Positions 22,919 to 36,346 of a stretch of 64,000 nt of DNA are shown in pieces. Origin of the DNA: Zygnema circumcarinatum SAG 698-1b (Eukaryota; Plantae; Zygnematophyceae); the NCBI GenBank assembly GCA_037447605.1, contig CM074806.1:2108001-2172000 (forward strand). Direction: 5' to 3'. The position numbers and the translations under genes were made by a program. The notes under the pieces were generated by a model, which ran no database searches, was not told the DNA's origin, and saw nothing but the letters and a program-made list of their open reading frames with translations. Numbering within the stretch: the first letter of the stretch is position 1; every line of letters starts with the position of its first letter.

Positions 22919-25900
22919 ATGGGCCCTTTAAAAACGCTGGCTCGTAATGGGCAAGCAGTAGTCCGGCAACTGGCAAGGCAGTTGTCACTGGCTGAATCCA
23001 GGCCGAGTCTACACAAGGCCGAAGCCCTTGGATGGAATCCTCAGAACCATCACATGATCCACAGACCAGCAGGTCTAGTCCAACGTCATCTTAGTAATGT
23101 GAGCGGGCCTGTGGCTCTTGATACGGAGGATCTTGTAGAAGCGGTACAGCTGCCAGGTTCTCTTCCAAGCTTTACTGCACGCGACATAATTATTAACAAG
23201 ACCCTTCATCCCAAGGTACGGCTCGACCTGCCATGAATGAGAATACCTCAATAGTATTACTGTAATAGAATCGCCTTTCTGTAGATCAAAAGACACACAC
23301 ATCAGCAATTGGGACTTGGTAGATACTTTTGTGACTTGAGCGTTGAAAGCATTGACCCTCGGTGGTAAAGGGAAGGACAAGCGTCAGGATGATTGGTCAG
23401 TCCGGATTGATTTTGGGACCTTATTGGCTAAAGTTCTGTTCATGTAGACTCAGTGTATTCGTGATGATCGGCTCACATTGCACAGCAACTTGCCATAGTA
23501 TAGCCCATTGCTAGGTTTTAGTAAATGATTTGATTCTCTGATGGCCGGCGTGCCTGATCACTCTGCAAAATAACGAGTGGATAAGTATAGAGCATTGAAT
23601 GAAGTGGAGTGTAAGCCTACGAAACAACATCGACTTTTTTACCACTGACAGATGACAATTGGTGTTATGTGCCTGGTTTGTTTGTAAAGAGACTCTTGTC
23701 ATGGCAATTGCAGTAGTGGAAGGCAACGCAGAATTCATCAAGGCTTATTGCCATTCAGTCATCCTTTTGCCTGTCCATCCTAGAGTGGGAGGACCAAATA
23801 ACAGCCAACTCTCTCCGTTGCCGACGTGTTGAATCTGTTACAGTCCAGACTGTTATGCCATACTTTTCCACCAGGCATACCCACTTGCGCCAACAAGGCC
23901 AACTCATTAATGAATTTAGCAGACTATGGTTTTTCTTTTGTTCACCCCTTCTGAGAAAGCTGTTTTCTCTCGTGCAGCCTTTTCCTTCTCTATCTGAGCT
24001 CAAGTTTGGCGCTTTGTTCTCGGACCACATGCTAACAGTGGCCTGGTCTGCCAGCGATGGTTGGACTCGTCCATCCATCAATCCCTTGGCCCCCCTCGCC
24101 ATGCATCCCTGCGCACAGGTGAGATGGAGAAGGGTTTTCGTGTGTCGCTTATGCTTATGTCTTTCTACAATAAGAAGTCTCTGAACGGTTCTGACAGGGT
24201 GCAGGTTTTTCATTACGGCCTTGAATGCTTTGAAGGCATGAAGGCGTATCGTGGAGCTGATGGCCGAATCCGCCTCTTTCGTCCTGAGAAAAACATGGCT
24301 CGTCTCATCAGCTCATGCAAGCGGCTCAACCTGCCAGTGTTTGATAAGGTGAGATTATACAACTTGGCGATTTCAACTCACATACCACTAACTATCAGGC
24401 TATGCGTGTTTCGTCACTTTCTTGTTTGTATCCAACAAGGTACCACGGAATCCCCCCGGAATCCACGGCATAGCTTTTCACCTATTTTCACAAGACACCT
24501 TATTTAATAATGGAGACATGTTTTGGCTTAGAATAGAAGCACGCACTTCAGTCGTTTTGGCACATTGAATGGAACCCGGACTATGTCGAATGTTGGTGTA
24601 ATCCCTTCAGTCAATGCTGTTGACTTCAATTTCAACCACGGTTACCTTTCAGTTTAATTCTCATTTTTTGAATAGTTCGACCATCCCTTGTATGGGAAGC
24701 TCGGATTATCACGTTGACATGGTAACAATGAAGAACCCGCAAGCAAGAGAGTGGCATTCCGTTGCATGTGCATTTCTTCATAGTCACGCTTGGATATACT
24801 TGCATTAGCCCTGCACAAACAGTTTATTGACGTGATTGAGCCGTCCGGCGTCCTCCATAGTCAGCAAACATTCGTTTGACCGTAAAGTGACGTATTTCAG
24901 GTTCAGAAATCTTATCCTTGCTCTTCCTTCGTCATTTTGCCATCTGGCTGCCATTCTGCAGGAAGAGTTTCTTGAATGCATAAAAGCACTTTTGAAAGAG
25001 GACAGGAATTGGGTTCCGTCTCCTGAAGGATACTCTTTATATCTCCGTCCAACATGCATTGCCACAACAGCACACCTTTCAGTCGGACCCCCGAAAGATG
25101 CTCTACTCTTTGTTGTCATGTCTCCTGTGGGCCTTTACTACCCGGAAGGTCTGAAGCCCATCAAGCTCTACGTGGACACCACTAATGTGAGGGCCTTCCC
25201 AGGAGGTGTGGGAGATCGAAAAGTGGGTGGCAACTATGGGCCAACAATTCAGCCTCAGGTGGCGGCAGCTGAAAAGGGCTGCTCACAGGTACATACCGGC
25301 ATATCGTCTGGGCCACTGTACAGAAAAGGATGCTAAAGGAAATCTCTGTGTTGAAGGTCTCACCGTCCATCGACAGGGAAGGAGATTTTCTGCAAATCCT
25401 TATCAAGCTGCTCTGTTTACCTTTTCACAGCGATTGCCTCTTCTTTCTGAGCCCTTGCATGAGTTCATCAGTTGACCACTACGCTTCAGACATTTTCTGG
25501 TCACTAGTTGACCCTTTCTTGGTTTTTTGCAGGTTCTTTATGTTTTGGACGATGGAAAAGACACTTCTGCGCTGATTGGCGAGTCCGGAGCCATGAACGT
25601 ATTTTTCTTGCTGAAGAAAGAAGGAGCTAAAGGAGGGCGTGAGCTCGTGACACCTCCTCTGGATGGCCTCATCTTGCCCGGGGTTACTCGCGCAAGCGTG
25701 CTTGAATTAGCGAAGTCATGGGGAGAGTTTGAAGTCTCGGAGCGGCCAATCCGGCTGAATGAGGTTAGCGGATGCGTTCTCGAACCGGTCCTTGGACATT
25801 GACTGAGTTTCTGAGTTTAACTTTTTTCATCCTCCCCTGCTTTCCTGCCTTTCTTCCAGGATTTGGAGGATTTGAGTTCTTTGAAGATTTAAAATCTGCA

Positions 25901-26437
25901 ACAGATCTTGCTGTTGTTAGAATTTCTTTATGTTCAGAGTCTTTCATATCGTGAAGTATAGGCTTCTAACACAGCAAGGGTTAAGACTGGTTCTAAATGT
26001 TCACAGTTGGGGTAAATCCCTACAGCCTTGCTGAAGAACTAAGTAACGTGAAGTAACAAGCATGGGCCTGAGTATACCCATGCTCTTCTGCCAGTCTGAT
26101 TGCTTTTCTTGATTTCCTGCTCTTTTGGGAGGGGCAGTTGGAAGAGGCACATTCGTCGGGCAGATTGGAGGAAATGTTTGGGACTGGAACAGCAGTGGTC
26201 ATTCAACCCATTTCTGGGCTATTACTGCCGGACGGGAGAAATTTAGAGCTTTCCTACAACGAAGCGGCAACGTCATATTGGAGCAGCAAACCAGCTGGGA
26301 GCTCAGCTCATTCGCCAAAACTGGGTGAGCCTTTCAATGTGACCGGTCGAGTGTATCGAGCTATTCTGGACATTCAATATGGCCATGTACCAAGTTCATG
26401 GAGCGTTCCTATTGACGACGCTGCTAACAGCAGTTGA
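22919..26437 (+). CDS. BCAT: Branched-chain amino acid aminotransferase (PLP fold IV) with an N-terminal targeting-like extension; exons 22919-23215, 23978-24118, 24205-24348, 24962-25288, 25533-25763, 26138-26437
   Basis: [51 protein letters not shown] (catalytic Lys), [28 protein letters not shown] and DIQYG. GT-AG phase-0 junctions. Confidence 0.96.
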
Positions 26438-26835
26438 AAATCTTCATGAAAGCGAGGATAGAGCTTTAAGGGCGACTACAAGCATAATAAGAGGAAGCTT
26501 CAGGGTGAGTTGTCGGGAAAATGTACATTCCACAACTACATTCTTTGTGGAGCTAATGCAGTCACTGGTTGGAAGCTGAAAGAGCATGATAAGCAGACAT
26601 TCGACCTTTCATGGCACTCCGCACCATGAATCATCTATTATATGCGGTAGAACCTCTAGTGTTTGAAGCACCGAGCATTCAAAAGTCGCCGAGGGATAGC
26701 GTGGAGCATGGATGGATGGACCTTCAGAAGCTGGAAGGGCATGGATGTGGCGCCTTTCTCAAGGCATAAGGGACGGGTTTTACGATGTATGGTATGTAAA
26801 GTAGGGATCCGAAAACGCACAGGCCTGGGGACACC

Positions 26836-26869
26836 GATCCTGAGGCGGCACTGATCCTGAGGCGGCACT
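26836..26869 (+). repeat. Perfect 17-bp tandem duplication GATCCTGAGGCGGCACT
   Basis: Read directly. Confidence 0.9.
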
Positions 26870-28441
26870 GGACGGCGACCATTTCAGTTCCTTTCCCTTG
26901 TGGTCGCACGAACCCGGCTGACAATCTTTGGTAACCGGTGAAGTTTGCTCGGGGCAACAGTGTCTCATCGACGTTGAGCTGCGGAATAGGGAAGCAGGAT
27001 TCTGTTTGCTAATTTGTTAAACGTGCCATAATCAATAAAACTGGTTTTGAGTCGTCTGTTGAAAGCTGTTCTTCTTATACTATTTGTTGACGTGTCAACG
27101 TCCGATGTGGCGAGGCATTCAACTTTGTTACTGTTAACCTTCATGCCCTTGAGGACGAGGTCCCATTGGGGGTGTTTTTGTCCTTTGTGAAATTCGAACC
27201 CATTCAATTGGCCATTTTTTTCAGAAAAAAAATTGTGGCGTCGCTGGCTTAATTCTTTTGTTCCAAATGGTTGATCCAATGAATGGTCCGACCTGTGCAG
27301 ACACGTGATGCCTGCCTTGCGGTGCAAGCTTTGGCATGGCTCCATGCATGCGTCCCAACACGATGACTGCACCCTTGCACGCTCAAGGACTGCTGGAGCT
27401 GATCCACCACTGGCGCCATCTCCGCCTGTCTATCTGTCTGATGGCACCCCGCCCCGCCCGGTCCCGCCCGCAGTCTCCTGTCTCGCTCCCTCCCGCCCTC
27501 CTTCCGGACGACCCCTCGCTCGCTCCGCCGATGAAGGCAGGGAGGCGCGGAGTAAGGCGCTCCCTCCCTCCCTCCCTTCCTCCCTCCCTCCCTCCCTCCC
27601 GAGAGTCCCTGACACGAGGGCCGTGGCCGCCTCGACCACATCCAGCGGTCCCGATCGCGGCTCATCGATCGTCGCCTTCCTCGCGCTCCCCCCCCGCGCC
27701 CTCCCTCCCTCCCTCCATCGCCCCCGCCCGCCGCCCTCGGACGATCCGACCCGCGACCGATGCCCCCCACCCCCCCGCCCGCTTCCTTGTCACGTCTCCG
27801 CCCGCCGGCGCGCCACGTGTCCCATCCCGCAGGACGCCCCCCCGGCCGGCAGTGCCAGCGTGGAAAGGCGCTCCGAAGTTTCCGCGATTCTGCGATCTGG
27901 CGCCACGTCTGTCCGCGGCGCCCGCTCGGCCTTGCCCCGCGGGCGACGTGGCGGTCCCGCGGCGATCGGGGCCGCTCGTGGCAGCGACGGGCGCGCACCC
28001 GCCCCGCCGCCAGGTGGCGCGTAGACCTCTCCCCCGATCTTGGCGGCCGCACATGCGATCGACGGCCCCCGCGCGCCCACATGCGCGCGGCAGGCGGGCG
28101 GGCGGGGACCCTTTTTGAGGGGGGGTCGGGGCGGGGCGGCGACAGATAACCCTAGTACTTGGCAGGCGGCGAGCTGCGCGGGGGAAGCTGCTCCGCACGT
28201 GCGAACTCTGCAGCGGGAGGAGCAGGAAGGAGAGGGCGCGGGGCTGGCGGTCGTCGGAGGGCTTGGAAGGCTGGGCCGTTTGTTGATGAGAACAGGCTAG
28301 TAAAGGTTCTGGATTGGAGGAGCAAGGTCTTTCGGAAACGGAGAACGAGAGGAGAGGTAGGGGAAAGGGTAGGAGGAGAAGGGAAGCTGGGGTGCCGATT
28401 GGTGAAAGAGTTTTTTCGCAGACTTATGCAGAGGCTCAGAT

Positions 28442-31400
28442 ATGGCGGCAGGGACGGAGATCACACAGCCGGTTTCGTTTACCGAGAGAGCATCGGGGAC
28501 AGGGCCCGCAGCTGCGTGCTGCGGTAAAGCCCGAGTGGGAAGCATTCAGCTGCGCTGTTTTAGGGGGAGTACTGAAAGCTTTGCTTTGCTGTCCGCCAAC
28601 GGGAAGGACTTAGTCATTCCTGAGGAGCCGGAGGAGCCGGATTTCGTCGCAGATTCTGGATCTGAACGAGGTGCAGAGACAGCTACTTCAGCAATGCAGT
28701 CGAAGCCTCCTCGCTTCACGCGAACTTTGTTCGAGGAGTCTTTATCTATGAAGAGCAGCTCGAATTCCGCTGAGTCGCTGTTTCTGGAAGATTCATGTCG
28801 AGTACAATTGGAGGTATAAGGACTCACACTTGTATTTTCCGGGTGAAGCATGCTTGTCAGTTACTTGCAGATCATGAACATCGACGTTTTCCTAAACTTT
28901 TTTACAGTGGAATCAAGTCAGTTCCATTGGGAAGTCTGAGATTAACTACAAAGGTTGTTGTCGTGGACATAAGTTGTAAGTGAATAGGGGATGAGATAAA
29001 CGTCTGGTGAGCACAAAGTCAGACTACTGTGCTCCTGGCTGGAGAATACCATTTTTTGTCGTTTTCATTTGGTTGGTAGACTATTTTGTTTTGGGTAAAA
29101 GTTACCGTAACCACCCAGTCTCCATTTCCTTCGTTTCCCTTGGACCTCTTTGTCGACAGTTTTGTGTACACTCACTGAAAAACTGATGTGCATGTTCGTT
29201 CTGTAAACTTTACTATACACTTTCGCGCTGTGCACGCTGCTGTGGCCGATGCTTGAGTCTTGAAAACAGTGAAGTGAATCGGGGTAATTTTGAATTTGGC
29301 TCCGCGTTTCCTCGTTTTTCATGAAACTTTAGCTCAGGTCTTATGGAACTTGTTGTATGGCTTAGCAAGTAATTAAGGGCCTTGGAATTATACCTCCCTG
29401 CCGTTTTTTTGTAGGAAGCAATTCTAGTTCTGCTACCGGCCACAGTCCTGAATACTATCCGTCAGTACCCATTTATGGACCAACCGTCAGCTTACTCCAT
29501 TAGTGGGATGAAGTCCTTTGTGGAAGGAGTGCTAGATTTTTGTGGGAGAACAGTTCTATGAATGAGCCAGTGGACATCGAATGTTAGTCATGCCCTTTCG
29601 TAGTTTGTTGGTCTCGGTGTCCTGTCATAGTTATTAGAGTTAGCGGAACAAATTCACTTTGATGAAACACAACATGCATTTCATTGTCATAGTTGAACGT
29701 GAGAGCCGTTTCTGCGTCTTAAAAAGGAAAGGACGTGTATACATCTACTTTCCTTTTATTTGTTCAGCGTTGTGATCCATTTTATGCTTCTTACTTATCT
29801 TCACAAGGATTTTCGGTCTTGATCATTCAGGGGTAGTAATCTGGAGCCAGGAAAGGAGAAATCCCATCAATTTTACCTTTTATAGTTTGTGTCACGGGAC
29901 TGCCTTCTCTACACTACACCAGGAGGTTGTTTGCCAGACGAAACTTGTGCACTACTCTTCCGTAGCTTTGATGACGAAGCGACTTCAGGATGTGGCACTG
30001 CTGTGAAGTCATACCAACTTCCGTAGTTGTCGCTTGTCAATTATTTTTATGGGCAGTGTTTCTTGAAAGGTACTGAAGTACAGCCAAACAGATAAAACTT
30101 CCGTCTTGTGAATGTTGGTGGCATTCACCTGATCTTCTGTCATGGAGGATATGGCCCTCTCTTTCTTTTAGAACAGTGGAGAACTCCTGAAAGCTAAGCG
30201 TCAGTTGCTCTCAAACTCTCTCTTTCGTTTAGAACAGTGGAGAACTCCTGAAAGCTAAGCGTCAGTTGCTCTCAAACTTCTAACGGAAGCAGGTCAAGGC
30301 CTGTTATAATTCGATGAAGAAAAAGCTGTCGCGTGTAGAGTCTTTCCGTACTGCTTGCCAGCTAACCAATCATATGCATGCCCGTAATGAGGGTGCAATG
30401 ATGATTATGAGAATGACGATGGTGTTAGAAAAAGGAAATGTTGAAGCTAAACAAAAAAGGCGTTTTCATTCGTTTTGCCCTCAAGCAACAGTGTGTTTCA
30501 GTATTTTGGGAACTTGTAGATTTCATGTCACCGCAGGTCATGAGATCATTTTTTTTTGTTTTCTCACAATTCCTAACCATTTCTGAGTTGTTCTCCATCA
30601 TTGTGCACGTGTGGATAGTTTCATGCAGCACAGTACTGAACTCATCACTGTGCATGCAGGCGCCATCCGTTTCTCAGCCAGTGGAGGCCCCTGCAAGACT
30701 TGCGATGTTTCCTGGGGAGGCGAGAATGGTAGTGCGTTCAGGGGGGTGGACCGACATCGGTTCGCGCAGCTGCATGGAGGATGCGCATGTGCTGCTGGAT
30801 GACCTCACAGGCTGCCTGGGGAAAGTGCGCCTAGCAAGCCCCTGTGCCTTCTATGGGGTAAGTTCACTACATGGTCATTTTGGAAAGCACGAGTATAGTA
30901 AAGATAGAAAAATTGGCGTAATAACATCGAACCCATATGGAGAATATCGATTGCTACGGCCTCAACATCATGGTTGCTGTACTTTGTCGTTGCAGGTGTT
31001 TGATGGCCATGGAGGTCACACGGCTGCTCACTTTGTGAGTGAGCACTTGCTGCGCCATATTGTGGAGGATCCTGCTTTTCCCGAGCAAATGGCTGCAGCC
31101 TGCCGTGGAGGTTATGAGCGGACAGACAATGCCCTGGGAGAACAGTGGGCGGCCGGATCCCACCGGCAGGAGTTTGACTCCGGAACAACGGCGTTGACCG
31201 TGCTTGTTTGCGGCAAGTAAGGACCTAGATAAGGACTAAGAACTGGGGGGAAGGGGGGGGTGGGGGGAACAAACTCTTCAAAATCTTTGCCTTTGTTGTC
31301 GTTCTCCTGTGCACTACTTTCAGCGTGTTATGAGGCAATGATTGGAAACGAATAGATGACTGACGGGGGTGCGATCAGACAGACCACTTGATTTTGTTTG

Positions 31401-32110
31401 ACTCTCTGCCATCCTGTTCGGTCGCTGCAGCTCTCTGGTGGTCGCCAACGCGGGCGACTGCAGGGCCGTCCTGTCAAGGAGGGGGAAGGCTGTGGACTTG
31501 TCGGAGGACCAAAAGCCCGCCCTGCCGTCGGAGAAGGCGCGAATCGAGGCAGCAGGGGGCTTTGTGGTGGACAATTACCTGAATGGGCAGCTTGGAGTTG
31601 CGAGGGCACTTGGTGACTGGCACTTGAAGGTAATCGGATAAGCTATTCTTGGGTTCGTTACGCCATGTGGGTAACGGTGATATTCATAGTTATTTAGTGT
31701 TGGATGAATTTTGGGGTGTCTGGCTAAGTGTTCATGTAAAACGTTTGCAGGTTCGGGATCCGAGCAAAAACCCTCTGACATCTGAGCCAGAGGTGAGAGA
31801 GGCGACACTGTCGCCAGAAGATGAGTTTATGATTCTTGGCTGCGATGGACTCTGGGATGTAGTCAGCAGTCAGAATGCAGTGGACTATGCGCGGAAACAC
31901 CTTCAGCTGCATAACGACCCCGAAAAATGTTCGAAGGCGCTTGTGACTGAGGCATTGAGGCGGCATACCACCGACAATTTGACAGTTGTGACAGTCTGCT
32001 TCGGGGTAGATCCCCCTCCTCCGCTGGCCAAGCCATGGCGGCCAGGAGTCAGACGCAGCATCTCTGTGGACGGGCTCTTGAGTGTTCAGTCATGCATTGA
32101 CAGATCATAA
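28442..32110 (+). CDS. Protein phosphatase 2C (resembles plant clade G); exons 28442-28813, 30660-30857, 30996-31216, 31431-31629, 31751-32110
   Basis: [69 protein letters not shown] and C-terminal RRSISVDGL. The first exon assignment is less certain. Confidence 0.94.
30157..30278 (+). repeat. 61-bp tandem duplication in PP2C intron 1
   Basis: CTCTCTTTC.TTTAGAACAGTGGAGAACTCCTGAAAGCTAAGCGTCAGTTGCTCTCAAACT occurs twice, with one mismatch. Confidence 0.92.
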
Positions 32111-33457
32111 CCCAATGAAGCTCGACAGGATGTCAGGCAAATTTTGAGATGAAGGCTATTTGAGCATTTGCTGCTTTCCAGATGGCGGCATGGAAACTGT
32201 TGCGACCCGTGCAGGGAACTATGCGGAACCCATTCCGGGAGATGTTCTGTACGTGGCCAATGTATTATTCACAGATTATGTCGAAATTTGGTACGAAAGA
32301 GGTCTATTGTGTGAAGCGGAGATTTTTGTGATTCACTCCTGCCAGTGGGATGGGCTGCCCGGCGCGCAGCCTCGGTGGGTGGGTTTGCTGGTTGCCTTGG
32401 GAGGCGAAGCCTGCAGAGCAGAGTCACGGGGTGTATTTTTCTTTTTTTGCTCTCTTTAATTGTGCAGCCATTAGAGACGCATGTCCGCAGTACAATTGAC
32501 GAGCCTTGGGGCATGGCTCCTTTTGCGTTCCTATCAGTTTTTTTGTGGGTTTTGATAGTGTAGGCACATCCCCATTGCGAGGGGACTGCTGTCGCCGTGG
32601 GTGATGCAGGCAGCAAGACCGGACTAATAAGTGGCTGGAAGGTCTGAGCTGTAGAACCCAAGCACGTGTGCAGGGGCTTTTTGATAGATTACATTAGGGC
32701 GTATTTCTTGCGCGCATTGCGCAGCGCCCTCCTTCCTGTAGTAGCAGGCAGGCTCGTGCCTCCAGCCGGAGGCCTCGGGGTTTCTCTTGTGTGCGTCGCC
32801 AATAAGCCGCGCTAAGGTGGTCACCGGACCATCGCATGCTGTTATTTGTAGAGGAGAACGCGTTACTTCTCAACAGGGCTGTGGCGGGGAGATCGATATT
32901 TCTTTCAGTGCTTTAGCAGTTAGGTTGATACTTCTTGCAGGGTTTTGGCAGTTAGGTTGCTTGATGGAACATTTAAGGAAGTAGATAGAAGCTTTCTTTT
33001 GTAGCCATCAGGTGGCGATGCCTTCTTGTGCGAAGAGGCCGCCTTGTTTAAAACTGCAGAAGCACTGCTGAGGAGTATTGTTGTAAACTGTTTTTTGAAA
33101 ATATTTGTCTACGATTCTTTGTGTTTGACTCGGGCTGTGGTTTAGTGGAGTCTGAAGCGCGGGCGGCTGTAGGAAAGCTGAAGGGACGCTGGGGTCGGCA
33201 CATTGCTGGCTGATGTCCGGGGCCCGGGCATGGCTTTGCTGAGGATTCTGTTCTGCTCCGAACCACAGATATCTCATCAACTTGAGCCTATTTAAATTCC
33301 AACGTTGTCTCCCTCCTGTCCCTGTTTGGTCTGACATCGGCGACAATATTTTTCTTTATCGCCGTACGCTTCAGTTGCTGCCATTCTGCAGCAGACGACT
33401 CCCTCAATACATTGCAAGGCACGAACATTTCTGCACACGAAATTAGCCTCTGTACTG

Positions 33458-34030
33458 TAGAACCGAACAGGTTGAGAAAAAAAGAAATTAGAGATTCAAA
33501 CAAAAAAAAAAATCTCAAAAAAAAAATCTTTCAAAACCATTTTCTCAAAAATGAACCCCACATTTGTGAACATGATTACTTTTGAGATATGAGAAATGAA
33601 TTCCTACATTTTTTTCTCAATACAAATCATTTTGGAGAACCAATTGAACATTGAACAATTAATTATCGTTCGTGTTCAATTCGAGTTTTCAATGGGTCCA
33701 CCGATCAATACAGAGATTTTAGCGGATCGCCAAGCGCGTGGACCTTGAGGTTTATACAGAAATTGTTGATCTGCTCGCGGGAAGAGTCTGTACGGCAAAA
33801 ATAAGGCCCGGGTTAACCGGATCCCTCGAATCGCACAGCACCAACGGAAATTGGAATCCACACGTGCGACCGAACATGTCGAGTCGCTGAACTTTTTTCT
33901 TAAACCTTTTCGCTTTCTTAAATCGAAAAAGTTTCGACCTCGAGTGTTCAAAGTTCAACCCTACTCAATAAGATCGAGAATTGAGAAATTAAATAAACTC
34001 GTTTCTCAATTCCCAGCCTGTTCGGTTTTA
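33458..34030. mobile_element. Possible AT-rich MITE between PP2C and PsaL
   Basis: TAGAACCGAACAGGTTGAGAA at the left pairs with TTCCCAGCCTGTTCGGTTTTA at the right (~20-bp imperfect TIR). Internal TTGAGAA/TTCTCAA motifs; no clear TSD. Confidence 0.45.
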
Positions 34031-34334
34031 CGATACTCATTACAGTAAAAAATAAATCAATGAATAACACCATGAAATGCCATGCATTGTGAGCCCTCGT
34101 CCCGCCATCTCACGCAGCAGCATTGGACCCAACAACATTGGAACAACATTGCCTTCAACTACGCATTGCAAAGTCGCCAAGTGTCGCCACGTTTCTCCGC
34201 TAGCCCTCACCGCAAACTGCCGCTACATGCGCGAAATCGCCTAAATTCGTCGGACCAATCCGTGAGCCAATTCGCCCCCCCCTCCGCCGGATCGCGATCG
34301 CGGCGGCCATCGCTTGGCTTCCCCCGGCGCGTGG

Positions 34335-34428
34335 CACGTGCAGGTCAGCCCTCCCATTGGGCGGCGGCGGGAGGGGGCCCGCGAGCGGATGACGGGCGGC
34401 CTCCCATTGGCGGAGGGCCACGGATAAG
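34335..34428 (+). promoter_or_regulatory. Putative light-responsive module upstream of PsaL: G-box, two inverted CCAAT boxes, I-box
   Basis: CACGTG at 34335, CTCCCATTGG twice (~34351 and ~34401), GATAAG at 34423. Confidence 0.5.
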
Positions 34429-34632
34429 GTTCCCGCCGCGCCAAATGTTTTGTTTTTCCTGCCCGCTGCCCGCTGCCCGGCGTGCCGCCCGGGCCGCCCC
34501 CCCGCGCGCCCTCGCCCGCTTGCTTTTGAGTGCGTCCCCCCGCGCAGTCGAATCCGCCAGCCATCCAGAGCAGGAAGGAGCAGGAAAGGAAAGGCAAGGC
34601 AATTCAGACCTTGCAACGGTTAGAACTACGCC

Positions 34633-36346
34633 ATGGCCGCCACTGTTGCCAGCCAGGCTCTTCTCGCCGCCCCCGCGGCTTCCCTGGCCCGCCAGAGCCA
34701 GGTGAAGCGCAGCAGCGTTGTCGCCAACAAGGCGTTCTTCGGCAAGGGCGTTGGATTCTGCCCGGCTGTGCAGAGGGTGCAGGTCGCCAAGGCGGTCTCC
34801 GTCCGTGCTGAGAAGGTAGGACCTGTCGCACCCTTTATGTGGTGGTAGTTGTAGGGGCAGCTCGACATGGGACTTGAAAGAGATCGAAGTGATTGATCTG
34901 ACGAGACTAAACTTGCTGATCAGTAGAGTAAGGAGCTGGCAGATGATGGACCACTATCGGCCTTGCGTCCGTTTTACGACTGGATGTCATGCGCAAGCAG
35001 TCTGCAAGCTGACTCAGCTGTAGTCGATTAGTTTACTAGCGTCCTGCAGGATTTCTTCATCCCTCCCATTAGTTTTCACTGTATACCTCGGATGATGTGA
35101 TTTCGGTGTTCCCGTTTGTACCTGGATTTGGCTCGGTAGGTTACATACTGGCCGGCTTGCAGCTGAAAAAGCTTAGTAAAGGCTTCGTTGAAGGCCATTC
35201 TTGCAAAGTGAACTTAGTCCACCGCAGCTGTGTCTGGTTTAGGATTGCAAACAAGTGGGCAGATTCGTTCGCTTTTCTACAAGCGTATCACTTATCCAAG
35301 GTCTCTAATCTTTACGCATTGCGTAACATATTCATAATTCTCATTCTGGGCCTTTTTTAATAGTTAACATTGCAGAGTTTGTACATGACCGTCTTGACTA
35401 CAATTAGGTAGTTTCACGTTGCGTATGCTGCCTAGACCCGTCGCTGGCTGCATTCTGACAGTCTTTCGGTTTTCTTCTGCAGTACCAAGTGATTGAGCCC
35501 ATCAATGGCGACCCCTTCGTTGGCTCCTTCGAGACCCCCGTCACCAGCAGCCCCCTTGTGGCATGGTATCTGTCCAACCTCCCTGCATACCGTACCAGCG
35601 TCAACCCCCTTCTTCGTGGCGTGGAGGTCGGCCTCGCCCACGGTTTCCTCCTTGTTGGCCCCTTCGTGAAGGTATGTCTCCAGCTCATTTCAAGACGTTC
35701 AGCTTCTGAATGTTTGTTTGTGCTTGGCCTTTCGCGCTTGAATTCGAGTGATGAACTCGACGTCTTTCGGAATGTCCATGTTAGATCTGAGATGCACCTG
35801 AAGCGTGTTTTTTTCCGAAGTATGCTGTTAGGATCCATTTGTGTTGTTTCGCCATTTTTACCTGCTTTGGGTGATGTCCTCGTTAACTACCTCGTGTCCT
35901 TTTTTTCCTTCAGTCCGGCCCTCTTCGTGACACCGCTGTCGCCGGAGCTGCTGGAACTGTCGCTGCTGGAGGCCTTGTTGCCATCCTCTCCGTCTGCCTC
36001 ACCATCTATGGCATTGCTACCTTCAAGGAGGGTGCTCCATCACTCGCCCCGAGTCTGACCTTGACTGGCCGCACGAAGGAAGCTGATAAGCTCCAGGTAA
36101 GATACAGCTTGCAACCTTCGGTGGTTTATATGTCTCTATGTGAATGCTTTATTCCGTAACTTTATGGTAAAGCTTAGGCTTGCTGATTTCAGGCTTAATC
36201 TTAACGATATAAATGTCGGTCGTGACCTGCAGACTGCCGAGGGCTGGGCTGGATTTGCCGGCGGCTTCTTCTTCGGTGGCCTTTCTGGCGCTACCTGGGC
36301 ATATTTCCTTCTCTACGTCCTCAACCTGCCCTACCCTGTGAAGTAA
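34633..36346 (+). CDS. PsaL: Photosystem I subunit XI precursor; exons 34633-34815, 35483-35671, 35914-36096, 36233-36346
   Basis: Ala/Ser/Arg-rich transit peptide, then [70 protein letters not shown] and [21 protein letters not shown]...LPYPVK*. Confidence 0.99.

Noticed and set aside
26965-27372. 135-aa minus-strand ORF
   Set aside because: No recognisable motif or splice partner, and it overlaps a repeat fragment.
27249-28198. Overlapping long ORFs (up to 277 aa) on both strands
   Set aside because: They are explained by stop-codon scarcity in very GC-rich DNA, with low-complexity Arg/Pro/Gly/Ala translations.
33008-33346. 112-aa minus-strand ORF downstream of PP2C
   Set aside because: No recognisable domain or supporting exons; it cannot be distinguished from chance.
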